A DNA stretch of 30,117 nt, taken from positions 1-30,117 of the forward strand of contig JBBTVW010000051.1 in NCBI GenBank assembly GCA_038063075.1, in the 5' to 3' direction. Each line of letters starts with the position of its first letter. The stretch's first letter is position 1. This DNA is from Patescibacteria group bacterium (lineage in GTDB: Bacteria > Patescibacteriota > Microgenomatia > Levybacterales > UBA12049). The notes under the pieces are model-generated. The model saw only the letters and a program-made list of their open reading frames with translations, was not told the origin of the DNA and did not search any database. The position numbers were made by a program, and so were the translations under genes. Below, piece by piece: positions 18,353 through 26,423 of the stretch.

Positions 18353-18622
18353 TCATAAACCTTCCCCTTCCTCTCTTTTTCTATTAAAACTATTCCAACC
18401 ATTTAAAACACCATAAACCTCACCAACTTTAAAAACAGCAAAAATCGCTCCTTCTGGATCTCTTCCTAAACCCTGAACTTGACCTTCAGAATCCCGAATA
18501 ATCCACCCACCAGCCTCTCCTCTTGCCATTGTCATTCCACCAGGCAATCCAGTTTCAACAATTGGAGTATTAGTACCAACTGGTTCAATTTGTCCCCTAT
18601 GCCCCCTAACTATTTCAGTCAT
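18353..18622 (-). CDS. Orphan Gly-rich hypothetical protein (89 aa)
   Basis: SD AGGAGA 8 nt upstream of the ATG; first gene after the putative attenuator. Confidence 0.7.
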   Translation of the reverse strand: MTEIVRGHRGQIEPVGTNTPIVETGLPGGMTMARGEAGGWIIRDSEGQVQGLGRDPEGAIFAVFKVGEVYGVLNGWNSFNRKREEGEGL

Positions 18623-18650
18623 AATTTTATTCTCCTTACTTTAAACCACT

Positions 18651-18674
18651 AAAAAACCCCTCCTTTGAGGGGCT
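18651..18674 (-). terminator. Intrinsic terminator (segment 3:4 of the putative attenuator)
   Basis: AGCCCCTC-AAAG-GAGGGGTT followed by further T residues. Confidence 0.85.
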
Positions 18675-18697
18675 TGTCTTAAATGGATTTCTAAACT

Positions 18698-18766
18698 TTA
18701 TACCAAGACAAATCCCTCCGTAGAGAGGTTCTTCTTGGTCTTTTTAGAAAAATTTACTTTAAGCAT
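18698..18766 (-). CDS. Putative leader peptide MLKVNFSKKTKKNLSTEGFVLV (22 aa)
   Basis: ATG lies 7 nt after TATAAT (leaderless). The stop falls between segments 2 and 3 of the attenuator. Confidence 0.55.
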   Translation of the reverse strand: MLKVNFSKKTKKNLSTEGFVLV

Positions 18767-18802
18767 GTCTATCATTATAACAGATGAGGTAACTTTTTAA
18801 AA

Positions 18803-20002
18803 CTATTTTATTACTCCCAAACTTTTTCCTATTTTTTCAAAAGCAGCAATTCCAAAATCTAAATCTTTTTTATCATGTGAAGCTGATGGAATAACCCTGA
18901 TTCTTGCCTTACCTTTAGCAACCATTGGAAAAACAATTGGCGTTGCAAAAACATTTTCCTCAAAGAGTTTTGCACTAAAATTCCTTGCTAAATCTTCATC
19001 AGAAAGCATTACTGGAATAATTGGAGTAAGACTTATTCCAGTATCAAAACCTAATTTTTTAAAGTTTGATTTTAAATAATCAACGTTTTCCCAAAGTTTT
19101 TTGACTGGAGCATCAGACTCTTGAAGTATTCTTATTGCTTCAAGAGAAGCTGCAGTATCTGGGATCGATAAAGCAATTGAGAAAAGTCTTTGCCTAGATT
19201 TTAATTTATAATATGAGATTAAAGTTTTATTACTTGCGATAAAACCACCAAGAGAAGAAAATGCTTTTGATAAACTTCCTACTTCTATGTCAACTTGTCC
19301 AAGTAAACCAAAATGATCAACTATTCCTCTTCCACCCTTACCAAGTACACCTTCTCCATGAGCATCATCAACCATAGTTAGTGCTCCATACTCCTTAGCA
19401 AGCTTTACAATTTCTGTAAGTGGAGCTAAGTCTCCATCCATAGAAAAGACTCCATCTGTAATAATTAAAATTATTGGCTTTTCACCATCTGATTTTGCAA
19501 TATTTGCTAAACTAGCAGCGTCTTTTAATCTTTGCTCCAAATCAGACATATCAGTGTGTTTATAAATAAATTTATTTTTAACTCCAGATAGTTTTACTGC
19601 GTCAATTATTGATGCGTGGTTTAATTCATCAGAAATAACAATATCTTCTTTACCTATTATTGTTTGTACTGCTGCAGCGTTTGCAAGATAAGCACTAGTA
19701 AAAACAATTGCACCTTCTGTTCCTTTAAAATCAGCGATGGCTTGTTCCAGTTCTAAATGAATTGTATGAGTACCTGCTAAGGTTCTGTATCCAGTAGCAA
19801 CTCCATATTTATCAACTGCAGCTTTAACTGCATCTTTTATTCTTTGCTCATTGGTAAACCCCAAATAATGACTTGAGCAAAAATTGAGCTTCTCTACGCC
19901 ATCAATTGTTAAATATGGTCCTTGTGCTGATTCAATTATTCTAGGAGATACTCCACCTTGAATTGCTTCTTCTATTTTTTTATAAAAATCTGTTGGGTTC
20001 AT
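18803..20002 (-). CDS. kbl: 2-amino-3-ketobutyrate CoA ligase (glycine C-acetyltransferase), PLP-dependent
   Basis: NFCSSHYLG, SDELNHASIIDA, DDAHGEG and the PLP lysine in GSLSKA. It is coupled by an ATGA overlap to tdh, which favours Kbl over BioF. Confidence 0.82.
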   Translation of the reverse strand: MNPTDFYKKIEEAIQGGVSPRIIESAQGPYLTIDGVEKLNFCSSHYLGFTNEQRIKDAVKAAVDKYGVATGYRTLAGTHTIHLELEQAIADFKGTEGAIVFTSAYLANAAAVQTIIGKEDIVISDELNHASIIDAVKLSGVKNKFIYKHTDMSDLEQRLKDAASLANIAKSDGEKPIILIITDGVFSMDGDLAPLTEIVKLAKEYGALTMVDDAHGEGVLGKGGRGIVDHFGLLGQVDIEVGSLSKAFSSLGGFIASNKTLISYYKLKSRQRLFSIALSIPDTAASLEAIRILQESDAPVKKLWENVDYLKSNFKKLGFDTGISLTPIIPVMLSDEDLARNFSAKLFEENVFATPIVFPMVAKGKARIRVIPSASHDKKDLDFGIAAFEKIGKSLGVIK

Positions 20003-21021
20003 GGTATTAATACTACTTTACCACACTGTCCTGATTTCATTACTGCCATTGCCTCTTCAAACTCTGAAAGCTTAAACTGATGAGTTACTAGTTTTGCTAA
20101 ATCTACTTTTTTGGATGCTAACAAATCTGAAGTCTGATACCATGTTTCCCAAATTCTTCTACCAAAAACGCTTATTGCAGATAGTTCTTTATTAATAAAG
20201 TATTTTCCTATTTCGATACTTGCCTCTTTTTTTGGAACGCCAAAAAAAACTATTTTTCCAGCAATTCTTGCTGCTTCCAAAATAGTATTCATAATTTCAG
20301 CATTTCCGCTTGTTTCTATAACAACTTCAAATTGATTTTTGTATTTTTCTGGCAAATAATCATAAACCTCATCTGCACCCATTTTCATAGCAAGATTTCT
20401 TCTGTATTCACCTCTATTTATACCAATAACTTTTTTTGCACCATATGCTTTAGCAACAGAAACTACACATTGACCTACAGGACCTAGTCCAAAAACAATT
20501 ACAGACTTGCCTGCAACATCTGCTTTTGAAACAACATGAACTGCATTTCCTAATGGTTCTTGAGCACTGATAACATTTGCAGGTATATCAATTGTATTTT
20601 TCCAACTCGTTCTAATAGGGATTACAGCATACTGGGCAAATCCACCATAATCTCCACCTATTCCAAAAAGCTGCATATTTTCGCAAACATGACGATTATT
20701 TATTCTACATTGATAGCAGTTGTTACAAAAAATGTGAGTTTCAGAAGAAACCATATCTCCAACCTTAATGTCAGTTAACTCGTCACTATTTACTTCTAAA
20801 ACCTCTCCAACAACTTCGTGGCCAAGAGTAACTGGAAACTTTTGGATATGACCTTCTGCCCATGGAGTCCAATCATAAAGCGATATATCTGTTCCACAAA
20901 TAGATGAGGCTTTTACTTTAATTAATAATTCTCCTTTTTTAGGTTTGGGGATAGGAATATTTCGAAGGGCAACACCAGGGGCGTTTTTCTCTTTAACTAC
21001 GGCCAACATTGTTTTTGCCAT
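19999..21021 (-). CDS. tdh: L-threonine 3-dehydrogenase (Zn-dependent MDR family)
   Basis: SICGTD, GHE, structural zinc CxxCxxC-x7-C, GLGPVG and LSAISVFGR. Likely start ATG 21021 (MAKTM...). Confidence 0.85.
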   Translation of the reverse strand: MAKTMLAVVKEKNAPGVALRNIPIPKPKKGELLIKVKASSICGTDISLYDWTPWAEGHIQKFPVTLGHEVVGEVLEVNSDELTDIKVGDMVSSETHIFCNNCYQCRINNRHVCENMQLFGIGGDYGGFAQYAVIPIRTSWKNTIDIPANVISAQEPLGNAVHVVSKADVAGKSVIVFGLGPVGQCVVSVAKAYGAKKVIGINRGEYRRNLAMKMGADEVYDYLPEKYKNQFEVVIETSGNAEIMNTILEAARIAGKIVFFGVPKKEASIEIGKYFINKELSAISVFGRRIWETWYQTSDLLASKKVDLAKLVTHQFKLSEFEEAMAVMKSGQCGKVVLIP

Positions 21022-21033
21022 AAATTTTTGCAA

Positions 21034-21507
21034 CTAATTAACTGAGACTATTGTGTATAAAACTTTTCCTGCTGGAGCTTGGACTTCAACTTTTTCTCCA
21101 ACTTTTTTACCTAAAAGTGCTTTTCCAAGAGGGGATTCATGTGAGATTTTTTTCTCTTTTGGATCTGCTTCCCACTCTCCAACAACTGTGAACTCTTCCT
21201 TTTTGCCTTTAACATTTACGAAAACTTTAGATCCAAGCTGAACAGTACTGCTTGCACCATTATGATGATTTTCTTCGATAAGTACTGCTTGATTTATTAA
21301 TTCTTCAAGCTCCCCAAGTCTTCCGTCTATAAAAGAGAGTTCCTCTCTGGCTGCAACGTATTCAGCATTTTCAGAAAGATCTCCCATGCTTCTTGCTTGA
21401 GATACTCTTTCTAAAACAAGTGGTCTTTTTGACGAGTTTAACTCATCGAACTCATTCTTGAGCTCGTGTAAACCTTCTTTTGTTAAATAAATTTTTTTAC
21501 TGTCCAT
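21034..21507 (-). CDS. greA: Transcription elongation factor GreA
   Basis: YLTKEG, GDLSENAEY and ISHESPLGKAL motifs. Likely start ATG 21507 (MDSKK...); 157 aa. Confidence 0.97.
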   Translation of the reverse strand: MDSKKIYLTKEGLHELKNEFDELNSSKRPLVLERVSQARSMGDLSENAEYVAAREELSFIDGRLGELEELINQAVLIEENHHNGASSTVQLGSKVFVNVKGKKEEFTVVGEWEADPKEKKISHESPLGKALLGKKVGEKVEVQAPAGKVLYTIVSVN

Positions 21508-21514
21508 ATTTTCT

Positions 21515-21545
21515 AAAATAAAATCCCTCAAAGTATTTCGAGGGA
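21515..21545 (-). terminator. Terminator-like hairpin in the greA leader
   Basis: TCCCTCGAA-ATAC-TTTGAGGGA (9-bp stem) followed by TTTTATTTT, which ends 7 nt before the greA ATG. Confidence 0.7.
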
Positions 21546-21577
21546 ATAATAAATAAATTCAATTATTTGTACAATGC

Positions 21578-21606
21578 ATCTTAACCAATATAAAAAAGTT
21601 TGTCAA
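21578..21606 (-). promoter_or_regulatory. Sigma70-type promoter of greA
   Basis: TTGACA (21606-21601), 17-nt spacer, TAAGAT (21583-21578). Confidence 0.8.
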
Positions 21607-21644
21607 TGACCTCTAGTATATAATTAGAGGCTATTTTGTTATTT

Positions 21645-22499
21645 TTAATCAAAAAACTTATTTACCTTTTTTTTAAAATCTATCGGATGAAATGCTAAGA
21701 AATTATCTTCAATTGTTTCAAGTGTCACATCCTTTTTCATATAATTCCATTGTAAAAACTTTGCAATTTTTTCAATTCTTAAAAACTGCAAGACAATTAC
21801 CAATAAATCATTTATCACACTTTTGTTTTTATTAAATGGTATTTTATATTCCTTAATGCGCTTATTTGCATTTGGTAAAAACTTAAATATCCATTTGTTT
21901 TTATCAATAAAATTAAGGTAGGTATTTTCTCTTTGAAAAAGAGGCATAAGCTGAACAATTTCATGAGCAATATATAAATTTTGTCTTTTTTTCGTAAAAC
22001 TAGTACTACCGTCTCCAATAATTAAGTTTAAACAAATTTTATCCTTTGGGCTTTTTTCATGCTTTTTTCTATAAACTCCTAATGTTTTTAAATAAAAAAC
22101 AAGCAATAACCTTGTTAACCAAACAAGATTATCTTTAGAAATTACAAAAATATCAATATCATCGTTTATACCGCTATTTTTCATTGCCAAACTTCCACTT
22201 ATACCAATAAAATTAACTGTTGGAATATTACTTATTTTTTTAATAACTTTTTTTGCCTTAAGTAATTTTTTATTACTTTCTTTTTCTCTCTCAAGTCTTT
22301 TACCTACTATATTTTTTCTATTAGAAAGAAAATAAAAAGATTTAAAACTTTCAATATCTTTTTGTTTAACAAGGGAATAAAAATCTTCTTTGGATTTAAT
22401 ATCTGTTTTTGTAAATTGTAAAAGCTCGGCAAGTGTTAGAGGGTAATCGAAAAAATTAAAATAGGACAGTGTCTTTATTATCTGTTTCCTACTGTCCAT
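21645..22499 (-). CDS. Nucleotidyltransferase-domain (Pol beta superfamily) hypothetical protein
   Basis: IGISGSLA...DDIDIFVI matches the GS...DxD motif. Likely start ATG 22499, overlapping the upstream gene; 284 aa. Confidence 0.65.
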   Translation of the reverse strand: MDSRKQIIKTLSYFNFFDYPLTLAELLQFTKTDIKSKEDFYSLVKQKDIESFKSFYFLSNRKNIVGKRLEREKESNKKLLKAKKVIKKISNIPTVNFIGISGSLAMKNSGINDDIDIFVISKDNLVWLTRLLLVFYLKTLGVYRKKHEKSPKDKICLNLIIGDGSTSFTKKRQNLYIAHEIVQLMPLFQRENTYLNFIDKNKWIFKFLPNANKRIKEYKIPFNKNKSVINDLLVIVLQFLRIEKIAKFLQWNYMKKDVTLETIEDNFLAFHPIDFKKKVNKFFD

Positions 22500-23997
22500 A
22501 TTTTTGCAAAACCTGCAATACTCCTTGAGAAAAAGTATCAAAAGCGCTATCCATAGATGATCCGTTATATATCGAGTTTACTGCATTACCTAGGTATGTA
22601 TTTAACTCTTGGTTTAATCCGTTATCACTTGTTGAATCAACAAAAGCGCTTGACTCTGCAGTTTGTGCTTGAAGCAAAATTGGATACACGAATGGATTAT
22701 CTTTTACGGTTTCTAAAAGGTCTACTCTTGCAAAAGGTTGCCCAAAAACCCTTTGCTTAGATTGCTCACTATACATTTTTTCTTCCACTTCTTTTGTTGC
22801 TAAATAAGCTACGAATTTTAAAGCTTGTTTTTGATATAGACTTTTTGCAGACACTCCAGCTGCCCAATAACTTGCCATATTAATAGATTGATTTGGAAGC
22901 TGGGGAACTGTTGTTATTTCAAAATTAAGAGTTGGATTAAATGCTTTAATTGTAAAAAAGTCCCAAGAATAACCAAAATACATTGCTAAATTTCCTTTTG
23001 AAAAAGCAAGAAGAGACGGATCTAGGGTACTATCCCAAACGTTATTTGTATCTTTTGCAAATGAGCTATAAAAATTTAATCCACCTATAAATCTATCTTT
23101 TGAACCCTCTAGGTCTTCAAAGCTAGCACCATTTTGTAAAAAGAGTAAGGATAAAATATCGGGTGCATGAGTTACGTTTTCAAAAGTTCCCATAGCTGCC
23201 CCTGAGGTTTTTATTTTTCCCTCTTCATCTTTTACTGTTAATGTTCTTGCGCTATCAATAAAATCATTCCATGTTTTTGGATATGAAAGTCCAGCTGAGG
23301 CAAAGATATCTTTATTTACATACATTGCTAATGTATCCATTCCCATGGGTACTCCATAAATTGCACCATTTTTTACTAAATCTTTCTGGGTTGTTGGATA
23401 AAAAGAGTTTAGGAAATCATCTTTGGAAATTGTGTCACTTGGAAAAGGAAGCAATAAGGATGAAAACATAGGATACCAACTGTTATGAAAATAATAAACA
23501 TCTGGTCCGTTTCCGTTCTCAATTCTAGTTGTTAAGGTCTCTCTATATTGCTTTATATCTTGCTTTTGGTATTTAACCTTAATGTTAGGATTTAATCTTT
23601 GAAAATCATCAATAATAACCTGCATTGTCTTACCATCTTCCCAAAGTCCCCAAAAAACAATTTCAGCATTACCATCTTCTGGACTTTTATTACTAAAAAG
23701 CGTTGTGGCCATAAAATAAACGACTGCTGCCACAACCACTAAAACAATTAAGCCAATCAAAACTCTTAAAATCATTTTTGCAGAAAATTTTCTTCCGCCT
23801 CCACCCTCAACTACAGACCTTGGGGGAACTGGTGTTTCTTGTACCTTTGGCACTGGTTGAACCACGGGAATAGGTTGAGCAATAGGCTGAAAAGGAGATT
23901 GATTAGCAGAAGGACCCGTAAAAGGGTTGATATTTTGACTATTATCTTGAACTGGTTTTGGATTTGGGTTTTGAAATACGGTTTGATCGTTTTCCAT
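22489..23997 (-). CDS. Membrane-anchored extracellular solute-binding protein (ABC sugar-binding family)
   Basis: IVFWGLWE, GPDV, IYGVP..MDTLAMYVNKD, PKTW and FSKGNLAM motifs. The TM anchor is preceded by a Pro/Gln-rich tail. Likely start ATG 23997. Confidence 0.85.
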   Translation of the reverse strand: MENDQTVFQNPNPKPVQDNSQNINPFTGPSANQSPFQPIAQPIPVVQPVPKVQETPVPPRSVVEGGGGRKFSAKMILRVLIGLIVLVVVAAVVYFMATTLFSNKSPEDGNAEIVFWGLWEDGKTMQVIIDDFQRLNPNIKVKYQKQDIKQYRETLTTRIENGNGPDVYYFHNSWYPMFSSLLLPFPSDTISKDDFLNSFYPTTQKDLVKNGAIYGVPMGMDTLAMYVNKDIFASAGLSYPKTWNDFIDSARTLTVKDEEGKIKTSGAAMGTFENVTHAPDILSLLFLQNGASFEDLEGSKDRFIGGLNFYSSFAKDTNNVWDSTLDPSLLAFSKGNLAMYFGYSWDFFTIKAFNPTLNFEITTVPQLPNQSINMASYWAAGVSAKSLYQKQALKFVAYLATKEVEEKMYSEQSKQRVFGQPFARVDLLETVKDNPFVYPILLQAQTAESSAFVDSTSDNGLNQELNTYLGNAVNSIYNGSSMDSAFDTFSQGVLQVLQKYGQ

Positions 23998-24036
23998 ACG
24001 TTTTTTATAGTATAATACAATATACAAAGCTACTCA

Positions 24037-25482
24037 ATGAACATATCCTATCCAAACATTAAAACTAAGTTTCGTTTTAAGTATTCAAAGCGTATACACA
24101 AAATAGCAGCAAATTTATTTTGGTTTTTAACAGGCGCTTTTCTTTCCTTGGTTTTTCTAATAAGTATCCTCTTATTTGCTTATCAAAAAATGTATGATAA
24201 CAAAGTTTACCCAGGTATTTACATAGGCAATAAAGATTTTGGTGGACAAACTAAAGAGTATGTTAAAGGATATTTTGACTCTAAAAACAATAACATTGGG
24301 TTAACCTCATTTGTATTTACTAGTGATTTTGGAGTAGCAACAGTCTCAGCAAAACAAATTAACTTTGGTTTTGAATCAGAACTCTTATCAACTCAAGCAA
24401 TTACCCTTGGTAAATCTACAAATCTTTTTTCTAACGTAAGTATTATTCTCCAAGCCTATTTTGGAGGAATAAAACTTTCTCCAACATATATGTTCTCAAG
24501 AGATATCTTAACTGACACCCTAAAACCTATCAAAGAAAAAATAGATAAAAAACCTATAGATTCCCAATTCAAATTCGAAAATGGAAGAGTAACTACATTT
24601 AAACCCTCTGAAAATGGAAGAACAATAGATCAAGATAAAATAAATAAAATGTTAGAAGAAAAAACTCTAACTGTAGTCTCATCAAGTAAGCCTCAAGAAA
24701 TAATTATTCCAATTCCAATAGTTGTTCTTGAGCCCAAGATTACAACTGAGAAAGCAAACAATATGGGAATCAAAGAACTTATTGGCAAGGGAGAATCAAC
24801 ATTCTTTCACTCAATACCAGGAAGAGTTTATAATGTAAATCTTGCATCCTCAAGAGTAGATGGAGTTTTAATTGCACCCGGAGAAGTATTTTCTTTTAAT
24901 AAAACTATTGGTGACGTTTCTTCTTTTACAGGCTATAAGCAAGCGTATATTATTCAAGGTGGAAGAACAATTCTTGGAGACGGAGGAGGAGTATGTCAGG
25001 TATCAACAACTTTCTTTAGAGCAATCCTAGATGCAGGACTTCCAATTATTGAAAGACAAGCTCATGCATATAGAGTAGGGTATTACGAACAAGATTCAGC
25101 ACCTGGAATTGATGCAACAATCTTTGTTCCAAGTGTTGATCTTAAGTTTAAAAATGATACAGGACATCACATCTTAGTGCAAAGAGAAATTGATCTTAAT
25201 AATCTTTCCTTAAAGTTTTATCTTTATGGCACAAATGACGGAAGAGTTACAACCATATCTAAACCTGTAATTACAAATCAATCTGCTCCTCCACCACCAC
25301 TTTATCAAGATGACCCTAATTTGCCTCTTGGCCAAATTCAACAAACTGACTTTGAAGCTTGGGGTGCTAATGTTTATTTTACAAGAACTGTTACAAGAAA
25401 TGGAAAAACTTTAATTTCAGAGCGATTTAACTCTAACTACAGACCATGGCAAGCAGTATTTTTACGGGGCACTAAACAATAA
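24037..25482 (+). CDS. VanW-family protein (TM anchor, peptidoglycan-binding-like repeats, VanW domain)
   Basis: RVYNVNLA, GEVFSFN, GGGVCQVSTT, ERQAH, DAT and DLKFKN motifs. Confidence 0.9.
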   Translation: MNISYPNIKTKFRFKYSKRIHKIAANLFWFLTGAFLSLVFLISILLFAYQKMYDNKVYPGIYIGNKDFGGQTKEYVKGYFDSKNNNIGLTSFVFTSDFGVATVSAKQINFGFESELLSTQAITLGKSTNLFSNVSIILQAYFGGIKLSPTYMFSRDILTDTLKPIKEKIDKKPIDSQFKFENGRVTTFKPSENGRTIDQDKINKMLEEKTLTVVSSSKPQEIIIPIPIVVLEPKITTEKANNMGIKELIGKGESTFFHSIPGRVYNVNLASSRVDGVLIAPGEVFSFNKTIGDVSSFTGYKQAYIIQGGRTILGDGGGVCQVSTTFFRAILDAGLPIIERQAHAYRVGYYEQDSAPGIDATIFVPSVDLKFKNDTGHHILVQREIDLNNLSLKFYLYGTNDGRVTTISKPVITNQSAPPPPLYQDDPNLPLGQIQQTDFEAWGANVYFTRTVTRNGKTLISERFNSNYRPWQAVFLRGTKQ

Positions 25483-25486
25483 AAAT

Positions 25487-25972
25487 ATGGGCAAAATTTT
25501 AAATCTTCAAAAAGCAATAAATACTGCTAAAATTTTAAATCTAGAAGAAAAATCTATAGTTTTAGCAGGTGGTTGCTTTGACATATTACACATTGGCCAC
25601 ATAAGATTTTTAGCAAAAGCAAAGAAAAAAGGTGATTATCTTTTTATTCTTTTAGAAAGCGATCAATCTGTTAGAAAATTAAAGGGTAAAAATAGACCAA
25701 TCAACCAAATTTTTGATAGAGCACAAATTCTTGCGGCAATAAATAGCATTGACTACATAATTCCTCTTGAAAAAGTATTGGAAAGCAAAGACTACGATAA
25801 TATAGTAGAAAAGATACGTCCTAATATCATTGCTGTTACAAAAAATGATAAGGCATTAATTCATAAACAAAGACAAGCTAAAAAAATAAATGCAAAAGTA
25901 GTAAGTGTAATTGATAGATTTGAAGATAAATCAACAACTAGACTTGCAGAAATTATATCTAAGGATTTTTAA
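25487..25972 (+). CDS. Cytidylyltransferase/adenylyltransferase family protein (RfaE domain II-like)
   Basis: GGCFDILHIGH (HxGH), KGKNRPI and C-terminal STT motifs. Confidence 0.85.
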   Translation: MGKILNLQKAINTAKILNLEEKSIVLAGGCFDILHIGHIRFLAKAKKKGDYLFILLESDQSVRKLKGKNRPINQIFDRAQILAAINSIDYIIPLEKVLESKDYDNIVEKIRPNIIAVTKNDKALIHKQRQAKKINAKVVSVIDRFEDKSTTRLAEIISKDF

Positions 25973-25973
25973 A

Positions 25974-26423
25974 ATGAGACTTATACGCTTACTTAGCATC
26001 TTAATTGCTACAATAATTTTTTCTTCAATAATATTTCTCTTTTTTCTTAAAACCCCAACGCCTCGCGTTTTAATTAATGGAAAATCCTTTAACGCAGAGA
26101 TTGTTAAATCTAGTAAAGATCAAGCCATAGGACTAGCAAAATATAAAAAAATATCAAAAGACTTTGGAATGTTATTTATTTTTGACAATAAAGGTTATTA
26201 TGGTTTTTGGATGAAAAATATGAAATTTCCTATAGATATAATTTTTATTAGTGATAATAAAATTACGACTATTTTTAAAAATGTTGATTATCCAAAGAAT
26301 GGCAATAGTAATTTACAAGGCTATAAACCAGATGTTCCGTCAGATATGGTTTTTGAAGTTAATGCTGGAATTAGTAACAAATACAATTTTCAAAAAGGGG
26401 ATAGTGTTAAAATAAATTATTAA
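25974..26423 (+). CDS. DUF192-family protein with an N-terminal signal/anchor
   Basis: GLA, GMLFIF, FWMKNMKFPIDIIFI and FEVNAG motifs. Likely start ATG 25974. Confidence 0.85.
   Translation: MRLIRLLSILIATIIFSSIIFLFFLKTPTPRVLINGKSFNAEIVKSSKDQAIGLAKYKKISKDFGMLFIFDNKGYYGFWMKNMKFPIDIIFISDNKITTIFKNVDYPKNGNSNLQGYKPDVPSDMVFEVNAGISNKYNFQKGDSVKINY

Larger units (their letters stand above)
18651..18782 (-). promoter_or_regulatory. Putative leader-peptide transcription attenuator
   Basis: Extended -10 TG-T-TATAAT (18782-18774), a leader ORF, and three mutually exclusive helices: 1:2 (18739-18702, cUACGg loop), 2:3 (18718-18705 with 18680-18667) and 3:4 (terminator). Confidence 0.7.

Noticed and set aside
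21610-21630. Hairpin CCTCTA...TAGAGG upstream of the greA promoter
   Set aside because: Only a 6-bp stem with a 9-nt loop and no U tract on the minus strand; too weak to call a terminator.
1772-25973. Longer N-termini given by the ORF track (prfB 1807, 3467, 4237, 18402, 21033, 21531, 22541, 24027, 25911)
   Set aside because: They overlap neighbouring genes or regulatory elements. Downstream ATGs match family N-termini, translational coupling or SD/-10 signals better.
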